A stretch of DNA of 64,000 nucleotides from Candidatus Aenigmarchaeota archaeon LH_S7 (lineage in GTDB: Archaea > Aenigmatarchaeota > Aenigmatarchaeia > QMZS01), in assembly GCA_023659895.1 (NCBI GenBank), contig JAGXOL010000001.1:15757-79756 (forward strand). Reading direction: 5' to 3'. The stretch's first letter is position 1; every line of letters starts with the position of its first letter. The notes beneath the pieces were generated by a model. The model was not told the origin of the DNA, searched no databases, and worked only from the letters and a program-made list of their open reading frames with translations. Both the position numbers and the translations under genes were made by a program. Below, piece after piece: positions 57,506-64,000 of this stretch.

Positions 57506-59173
57506 TTATCCCAAGAAAACTTCTCCCCTCCCGTAAGGAACAACTTTTAAAAAATCTTCAATATTAATTCTTTCAATTTTTTCCTTATCTTCTTTACCAA
57601 CTTTTTCTTTCAATTTATCTTTAATTCTTCTCCCTAATTTTTTACCTTCTTCATTCCCAGGAACCACAACAAGATAATATTTCGCGTATTTCTTCACAGC
57701 TCTCTCAGGGCCTTTCACAATATAATCATCTTCATCTAAACCAATGCACAATTTCAAATCAACTCTAAGGAAGTTTCTCTTTCCATATATCATGAAGGAC
57801 CCCTTTTTAATGCTTTGATGGCCTGCAACCTTTTTACTCACTTGTTCTGGGGAAACCCAATAAACATCAGCAACACCTAACTTTGATTTCCAGAATTTCG
57901 AGTAACAACCAACAAATTGTGCAGCTTCCTCAATGTTTTTCTTAGGAATATCTTTTCCCTCACTCCTTATGACTCCAAAGGGAGAACCTGGAATATGAGC
58001 GTGTAACACAATATCACTCTTCTTACAGTGTTTTTTCACGATTTGCTCATTACTTTCAGCATCTTTCCCTGCTACAACCAAAAAACCCTCTGAAGTGAAG
58101 AAATGTCTAAACTTCTCGTACCATTCCTTTTTTTTATTTTTCTTTATACTTTTTTTCTCTTTCTTCTTAAAATCTTTTTCAATCAGTTTTTCTATCTTCT
58201 TGATTTTGTTTCTTGCTTTCTTGGATTTTTTATATAAGTCATCAATTTTTTTCTTTAAGTCCTCATCAAATCTTATAGTTGTTTTTATTTCATCAAGATC
58301 CAAAAATATTTTATCTCCAGATATCTTTTTTATAGGCTCTTTAAGTTCTTTTTTTTTCTTCCAATCCTTAATAGCTTTCTCAATTTTCTTTTTGTTCTTA
58401 AAAATTGCTTCAGCTTCTGCAACAAAATTCTTTTCCTGTCTCTTGTATTTTTCCAAAGTCTCCTTTTGCTCTTCCTTTATCCTTTCCTCTTTTGTTTTCT
58501 GCCTGTAAACTTCTTCAATAGCTTCAGAAAAACTATTTTTTTTCTTTTCATCTAAATCTAAAGTTTTCAATTCAAAAGGTGCAACAAAGAATTTTTCATT
58601 CTCTTTAAAATAAATTCTTGGAGAAAATTTTTGTTTCAAGATGTCTTTTAAAGTTATGTCTCTTTTAACAATCTCCTTTGCATAGATTTCTCCAACATGA
58701 AGTTTCAGAAGTTTGTTTTCTTCTTTAACATCCCAGGAAAAATTTTCCCCTGTAGGAGGAACATATTTTTCTCCCTTCAAGATTTTCCTGTATTTGAATT
58801 CTCTTTCTGTATAAGCACCTAATATTTCATCACCTTCACACAGGAGTATATTTCCCTTTCCAATAAATTCAAAAATCAATTTCAATCTTCCAAACCCAAA
58901 AACAACAATTTTGTTAAAATTATCCTGATAAATATTATTTACCTTTCTATTTTTCAATTTCTTCAACAAGAAATCAGCAAATTTATTCTCTTTTTTACCT
59001 TCAAGTTCCTTTACAGTTAAATAACAGTAATCCCTGCCTGCAACAAAGAATTTTCTCTTTTCTGATTTGAATTCCAATATAATATCTCCAACGGAATAAA
59101 CACCCTTTAATCTATAACCTATAATTTCCTTTAACTCATCAACCAAATAATAAAAATCTATAGGAGTTAGCAT
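57506..59173 (-). CDS. Rqc2/NFACT ribosome quality-control protein
   Basis: EFIGKGNILL, EWYEKFRHF, GKDAESNE, HAHIPGSP, GSFMIYGKRN. Confidence 0.9.
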   Translation of the reverse strand: MLTPIDFYYLVDELKEIIGYRLKGVYSVGDIILEFKSEKRKFFVAGRDYCYLTVKELEGKKENKFADFLLKKLKNRKVNNIYQDNFNKIVVFGFGRLKLIFEFIGKGNILLCEGDEILGAYTEREFKYRKILKGEKYVPPTGENFSWDVKEENKLLKLHVGEIYAKEIVKRDITLKDILKQKFSPRIYFKENEKFFVAPFELKTLDLDEKKKNSFSEAIEEVYRQKTKEERIKEEQKETLEKYKRQEKNFVAEAEAIFKNKKKIEKAIKDWKKKKELKEPIKKISGDKIFLDLDEIKTTIRFDEDLKKKIDDLYKKSKKARNKIKKIEKLIEKDFKKKEKKSIKKNKKKEWYEKFRHFFTSEGFLVVAGKDAESNEQIVKKHCKKSDIVLHAHIPGSPFGVIRSEGKDIPKKNIEEAAQFVGCYSKFWKSKLGVADVYWVSPEQVSKKVAGHQSIKKGSFMIYGKRNFLRVDLKLCIGLDEDDYIVKGPERAVKKYAKYYLVVVPGNEEGKKLGRRIKDKLKEKVGKEDKEKIERINIEDFLKVVPYGRGEVFLG

Positions 59174-59388
59174 TATTCTTTCTTTTCCTGGCTCAAGAAA
59201 CAATTACCACAATAATAAACTATTTTATCATTAATCTTTCTTGCACCTAGGAACACTCCTGGACCACATTTTGGACAGAAATTCTTGTTCCTCTTCAAAT
59301 TTTCACCTTCCACTGTGTAATATTTGTATTTTTGTGTGCTTTTATGTTTTGTCTTGGATTTTGCCTTCCTTTCTTTTTTCTTTCCCAT
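59173..59388 (-). CDS. rps27ae: 30S ribosomal protein S27ae
   Basis: FCPKCGPGVFL...YCGNC. Confidence 0.92.
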   Translation of the reverse strand: MGKKKERKAKSKTKHKSTQKYKYYTVEGENLKRNKNFCPKCGPGVFLGARKINDKIVYYCGNCFLSQEKKE

Positions 59389-59410
59389 AATTTAATTAAA
59401 ATTTTAAAAA

Positions 59411-60718
59411 TCATTCAACTACTACAGGTAGTCTTTGTGAGACACCTCTTATAAGTTTTTTAATTTGGTCTAAATCCTGCTCTATATCATTTATCCTCTT
59501 TTCTAAAGGCTCTATTTCCGGCTCTCTCACAGATTTTATTCTCTCTTCAATATCTTTTTTCAACTCATCAAACTTGCTTTCAGGAACATATCCTGTAACT
59601 TTTTCGTTTATTATATGTATTAATTTATTCATCTCCTCATCAATCTTGTTAGGTACTGTTTCACTTTCCATCTTATTAATTCTTTTTTCCAAACTCCCTA
59701 TCTTATTGCTGCTTATATCTTCAAGATGATTCTTAAAAGTATCTACCTCTTTTTTCATCTCCTCATCAATCTTGTTAGGCACTGTTTCACTTTCCATCTT
59801 ATTAATTCTTTTTTCCAGACTCCCTATCTTATTGCTGCTTATATCCTCAACATGATTCTTAAAAGTATCTACCTCTTTTTTCATCCCTGAAATTTGACCT
59901 TTTATATCTTTAGATAATTCTTCATATTTTTTTTCATTTTCCTCCAGTCTTTTTGATATCATTGAGAATTCTTCAATATCCTTGTCAAAATATTTTTCCT
60001 TTTCTTTTAACCTCTCTATTGCTGACATTACTACCTCTCTCAACTCCAAGTACCTATTCTTGTTCTTTTCAAATTCGTTAGCAAAGGCCTTCCATTCTCC
60101 GTACTTTTTCTCAAACTCATCAGCGGATTGTTTTATTTTTCTGAATTCATTTTTAAAGTCTTTCATCTCTTTCAATTCTCCCTGTTCTTTGTGAATTCTT
60201 TCAACCTGATAATCTACTTTTTTCTTGAACTCTTCCATTTCTTTGCCCATGCCATCAACCTTTTGTTCTAGATCTTTTTTATTTCCTTGAATTTCTTTCT
60301 TCAGATTCCCAATTTGTTTAATATCTTTTTCTCCTTCTAGTTTCTCTAATCGTTTTTTCAGATTATCTATTTGGTTGTTTATATCACTTTTTATATTTTG
60401 TACGTTCCCATCAGCCTCTTCAATGCTCTTACTTATATTGTTTATACCCTGTGAATTCCTTTCAACAGTACTTAATTTGTTCTCATATTTTTTTACAGTT
60501 TCTTTGAGGTCTTTTAATTCCTTTACTTCATCAACATCGTTTTTTAAATTATCTAGGTTTTCTTTCATCTCATTTATCCTTTGATTCAGCTTGCCTTTTG
60601 CTTCTTTGTCTTTCTCAAGTTTATCCAACCTATCATCATATCTGGCCAGAATCTTTTCTATCTGTAGAAAGTTTACTTTAAATTTTTCCTTTAATTGCTC
60701 AAAATTATTATCTGCCAT
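59411..60718 (-). CDS. Long coiled-coil protein
   Basis: Continuous heptads ending PVVVE; internal 42-aa duplication. Confidence 0.8.
   Translation of the reverse strand: MADNNFEQLKEKFKVNFLQIEKILARYDDRLDKLEKDKEAKGKLNQRINEMKENLDNLKNDVDEVKELKDLKETVKKYENKLSTVERNSQGINNISKSIEEADGNVQNIKSDINNQIDNLKKRLEKLEGEKDIKQIGNLKKEIQGNKKDLEQKVDGMGKEMEEFKKKVDYQVERIHKEQGELKEMKDFKNEFRKIKQSADEFEKKYGEWKAFANEFEKNKNRYLELREVVMSAIERLKEKEKYFDKDIEEFSMISKRLEENEKKYEELSKDIKGQISGMKKEVDTFKNHVEDISSNKIGSLEKRINKMESETVPNKIDEEMKKEVDTFKNHLEDISSNKIGSLEKRINKMESETVPNKIDEEMNKLIHIINEKVTGYVPESKFDELKKDIEERIKSVREPEIEPLEKRINDIEQDLDQIKKLIRGVSQRLPVVVE
59630..59884. repeat. 126-bp near-perfect tandem duplication
   Basis: MKKEVDTFKNH(V/L)EDISSNKIGSLEKRINKMESETVPNKIDEE twice. 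Confidence 0.92.
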
Positions 60719-60726
60719 AATAATAT

Positions 60727-60936
60727 TTATTTTTCAATATTATTTTTACCCTTTACAGTTATTACTATGGTAGTAGGGGCTAATAGATGAGAGGTACATA
60801 CATATCCGTATTCCTTCAATTTGGTTATCACAGGGCTTAAGGAATTCTTGTCCATATTCATCTTTTTGCCCAAATCTGTTAGGGATACTACTTGTTCATC
60901 TGCTACAACCTTTAGCACTTTTTCCTCCAAGGACAT
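60727..60936 (-). CDS. Small winged-helix protein
   Basis: SLTDLGKKMNMDKNSLSPVITKLKEYGYV...ITVKG. Confidence 0.7.
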   Translation of the reverse strand: MSLEEKVLKVVADEQVVSLTDLGKKMNMDKNSLSPVITKLKEYGYVCTSHLLAPTTIVITVKGKNNIEK

Positions 60937-60960
60937 AAGTTATTAAATTAAATATAAATA

Positions 60961-61317
60961 ATGAAGACGGAGGAAATAGTAGGTCTCTTAGGAATTTTAT
61001 TTGGATTGTTCCTTTTTGGAATACTTATTGCTATGGATCCTATTTCTTTAACAATTTTAATATCTATAGGAGGATTGGTTTTCTTTATCCTTTACACAAA
61101 GAATACTCATGCAATTTTTGGACTTACTGTTTTGTTATTTGTTCTTCTTTTGTACTTGTTTTTGCCAGGAACCTTAGAGCAAGTCTTCACAGGAAACCAA
61201 ACAGGAGGAAATGTTACAGTCCCAGGAATTCAAGTTCCAGATTATTACCTACCTACAATAGTTCTACTTTTAATAGTAATTGGAGGATTCTTAATTGCTT
61301 ATAAGGCTTCGGGCTAA
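60961..61317 (+). CDS. Membrane protein
   Basis: Four hydrophobic segments. Confidence 0.65.
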   Translation: MKTEEIVGLLGILFGLFLFGILIAMDPISLTILISIGGLVFFILYTKNTHAIFGLTVLLFVLLLYLFLPGTLEQVFTGNQTGGNVTVPGIQVPDYYLPTIVLLLIVIGGFLIAYKASG

Positions 61318-62024
61318 TTTATTTTAAATTCCCCATAACCCTTTTCACTCTTTATTTTAGAGATAACTTTGTTTGCTTCTTCTTCCAAAAGTTTCTCTCC
61401 CTTTTTAGGGTTTTTGGTCTTTAATTTTATTAAGAATTTTGAATCCCCTAAGTAAGATGCTTTCGCATTTTTCATTTCATTCAAGCTATTTTTTATAATT
61501 TCTATTCCATTACCTTGCTCAGAATGTAATTCCAGAGTGCCTTTAAACTCATATTCTTTTTCCCCTGTTTTGAATCTTTCCACTAATCCCTTAAATTCTT
61601 CTCCAAGACCTAAATCTTCCCCTTCTCTAAGTTTTTTGATAGCATTAAACAAGCTTCCATGCTCTTGCTTAAGGTTTCTGATTGTCTCATCAACTAACTT
61701 AGGTTTTATCTTGTTTTCCTCAGCAACTTTTTTGAACGTTCTTTCCATCTTCCTTTCCTTTCCGTAATCCTTTAATTTCTTTTCTTTGTGGTATTTAGAA
61801 ACTCCCTTCAGGGAAAGTTCAGTTGTATGATCTGTCTTCAGAATCTTACAAACAATTAATTGTCCTTTTCTAAAAGACTTTCTTATATTTCTTATCCACA
61901 ATCCTGGGATATTTGAAACATTCAACAAACCTTTCATTTCATATTCAAGAATCTTAACTTCCACAGAATTACTGTGAACTTCTTTAATCTCTCCAACAAC
62001 TAATTCCCCTTTTTCAGGTTTCAT
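61314..62024 (-). CDS. eif2a: Translation initiation factor aIF2 alpha subunit
   Basis: PEKGELVVG S1 domain, WIRNIR, ELSLKGV, GIEIIK. Confidence 0.85.
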   Translation of the reverse strand: MKPEKGELVVGEIKEVHSNSVEVKILEYEMKGLLNVSNIPGLWIRNIRKSFRKGQLIVCKILKTDHTTELSLKGVSKYHKEKKLKDYGKERKMERTFKKVAEENKIKPKLVDETIRNLKQEHGSLFNAIKKLREGEDLGLGEEFKGLVERFKTGEKEYEFKGTLELHSEQGNGIEIIKNSLNEMKNAKASYLGDSKFLIKLKTKNPKKGEKLLEEEANKVISKIKSEKGYGEFKIN

Positions 62025-62062
62025 AAATTAAATTTCTTAATTTTAATAACTTATTTTCCAAA

Positions 62063-62989
62063 TTATTTTAATTTTTCAATCTCTTCCTCCACATTCATTT
62101 CTTTTACTTGGTTAACAATCATCTCCAAATCCCCAAAATATTCATTTTTCTTCACTCTTCCCATGAATAATCTTTCCTTGCCAACCAAGTTTTCATTTTT
62201 TATTTTTTCCGCGGTCTCCCTGAAACTTACGAAACGAAAAGCAGAAGTACCATCATCTAAATAACCGCGAAGAATCAGATTTTTTTTGGGCTCAACCTTT
62301 CCATGGTCTTTACAAACTTGGCTTCCATTAATTTCTTCAAGCTTTGCACCACATTGAGGACACGTAACAAATTCCTTTTCAGATGTTGAAACCACGGCCC
62401 CTCTTATTTCTGGAAAATCATTTTCCTTTAGATCTTTTAAGTTTTTTCTTTCAACCAAACTCTTGTACATCTCTTTTGGTTTCTCTTTTTCTTCTGTAAC
62501 CTTAATTTCTTTATCTTCCTTATCCAAAGTACTGCTTCTCCCCATGTGGATTTCTGGCATCCCAAATGTATTCGCTTTGGTGAAACCATTCTTTACTCTT
62601 ACTGTTTCACCTTCTTTGAAATCCTTGAGCAAATCTGTTTTATCATTCCAGAAAACAACTCTAATTTTTCCTGTTTCATCACCAATGTTAATGTGCTGAA
62701 CCTTACCTTTCTTACCTTTTCTTTCAAATTCATTTAATTCAGAAATATCAAGAATTTTTCCAACAATTTCCATACTTTTCATCCTAGGTATTATATTCTT
62801 TATTTTCAAAGTTCTGTCTTTTTTTTCTAATAAATCAAGACCCTCTTCCTTAGCAATTATATAAGCAGCTCCTTCCTCAGAAACAAGATTGGATAATTCA
62901 AGAACCTTTTCCTCAATCTTTTTTTCAACATCCTCTTTTGATAAATCTGTTTCATTCACAATTTTGTTTTTCAATTCCTCAAGTTCCAT
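62063..62989 (-). CDS. Replication protein A large subunit (OB folds plus Zn finger)
   Basis: LVSEEGAAYIIA, GDETGKIRVVFW, CPQC..CKDHG, LDDGT. Confidence 0.88.
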   Translation of the reverse strand: MELEELKNKIVNETDLSKEDVEKKIEEKVLELSNLVSEEGAAYIIAKEEGLDLLEKKDRTLKIKNIIPRMKSMEIVGKILDISELNEFERKGKKGKVQHINIGDETGKIRVVFWNDKTDLLKDFKEGETVRVKNGFTKANTFGMPEIHMGRSSTLDKEDKEIKVTEEKEKPKEMYKSLVERKNLKDLKENDFPEIRGAVVSTSEKEFVTCPQCGAKLEEINGSQVCKDHGKVEPKKNLILRGYLDDGTSAFRFVSFRETAEKIKNENLVGKERLFMGRVKKNEYFGDLEMIVNQVKEMNVEEEIEKLK

Positions 62990-63014
62990 AATTAAGTTAA
63001 AAAATTTAATAATT

Positions 63015-63386
63015 ATGTACACTTATAAAAAAGGTTATAGAGCGGAAAAAGAGCTGATTAAATTACTTACAAGTCTTGATTACGCGGTTTTGAGAGCCCC
63101 AAAATCAGGAAAGGACACAATTGATATTATAGCTTGCAAAAGAGGCCAGATTTTCGTTTTTGAGTGCAAGTTCTGGAAGTCCAGAGTGGGGATCACAGAT
63201 AGACAGTTGAATAGCTTGATTGATTTCTCAGAGAAAGCAGGGGCTATTCCATTAATAGCCTTGAAATATGAGAATGAGGGTTGGAGATTTTTGAGAGCAG
63301 AGGATGTTCAGGAAAACAATGGTACTGTTTCAGATGAACTTCTCAAAGAAAAAAGTTTCTCAGTGGATTTTTTTGAGAGATATTAA
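63015..63386 (+). CDS. hjc: Holliday junction resolvase Hjc
   Basis: KGYRAEKEL, RAPKSG, DIIA, FECK; ATG at 63015. Confidence 0.9.
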   Translation: MYTYKKGYRAEKELIKLLTSLDYAVLRAPKSGKDTIDIIACKRGQIFVFECKFWKSRVGITDRQLNSLIDFSEKAGAIPLIALKYENEGWRFLRAEDVQENNGTVSDELLKEKSFSVDFFERY

Positions 63387-63462
63387 GATTTTGTTAAATT
63401 ATTAATCAGTTTTGGATGTAACTTTCCTGTTTTTGGCTGAAGCCTTTTCCATGGAAAACTTC

Positions 63463-63716
63463 TGGGCTGGGGCAGATTTTCAAATTATTTTTCTTTTGGA
63501 GTTGGTAGACCTTTTCTTTCTAAAAGAAAAGGCATGCCTTTGAACTGCCGATCTTCGCCTTTCTCTTGTTTTTGGATGAAATCTCAAAGCATTGTAACTA
63601 CAAATTTATTATTTTCGTAGTTACCTTACTTTGTTTCTAAAAGGTTTTCTGTAAGGGCGACGTCCTAACCAATTATCTCCATAGTGATTTTCACTAATGG
63701 TCTAGACCACCAGCCC
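63463..63716 (-). tRNA. tRNA-Val(TAC) with introns at 15/16 (63673-63701), 37/38 (63561-63649) and 59/60 (63477-63538)
   Basis: Spliced GGGCTGGTGGTCTAGTTGGTTAGGACGTCGCCCTTACAAGGCGAAGATCGGCAGTTCAAATCTGCCCCAGCCCA; BHBs GTCT/AGAT and TTCA/TGAA. Confidence 0.92.
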
Positions 63717-63774
63717 ATAAACTATTATTAATCTTTAAAAATCGGATATTTAAATTTTGAGTGGAAGTTATAAA

Positions 63775-64000
63775 ATGGAAGTAGGTCAAATCTGCAAGAA
63801 AGTTATAGGGAGTGAGAGTGGAAGATACTGTGTAATCTATAAACTAGAGGGAAATTTTGCAGAAATTACAGGAATAGGAAAATACAAGATGTGCAAGAGA
63901 AGAAGATGCAATTTAAAGCACTTATTTCCAACAAAATACAAGATTAAAGTAGAATCAGAAAAGCAAGATGATATAGAGAAGAAATTTTCCAGCAGTGGAT
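63775..64000 (+). CDS. rpl14e: 50S ribosomal protein L14e, truncated by window end
   Basis: MEVGQICKKVIGSESGRYCVI...EITG...RRRCNLKHL. Confidence 0.88.
   Translation, partial: MEVGQICKKVIGSESGRYCVIYKLEGNFAEITGIGKYKMCKRRRCNLKHLFPTKYKIKVESEKQDDIEKKFSSSG

Overview
AT-rich archaeal chromosome segment. The gene set is most consistent with a DPANN archaeon (Aenigmarchaeota-like is an inference): scattered r-protein genes, PolD DP1, PCNA, DnaG, RPA, Hjc, NurA, PINA, Sec61 beta/gamma, two MinD, GGR/IPK and the start of a group-3b-type hydrogenase operon. Main unusual content: (1) all six tRNA genes found are split by bulge-helix-bulge (BHB) introns, 13-14 in total. These include an acceptor-stem intron leaving a 4-nt first exon, an apparent tandem (recursively spliced) intron pair, and introns built from a hairpin repeat that also occurs between genes. 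(2) Two solo TnpB elements with a rearranged RuvC, plus an ORF-less derivative that keeps only the ends and an enlarged omegaRNA. (3) A ~13.8 kb decayed island at tRNA-Ser with a 9-bp att-like repeat, an integrase remnant and a coupled MTase/nuclease/PLD-helicase/rhomboid operon. (4) A 487-aa homing-endonuclease intein in RNase HII. All calls come from reading motifs by eye; no searches were run.
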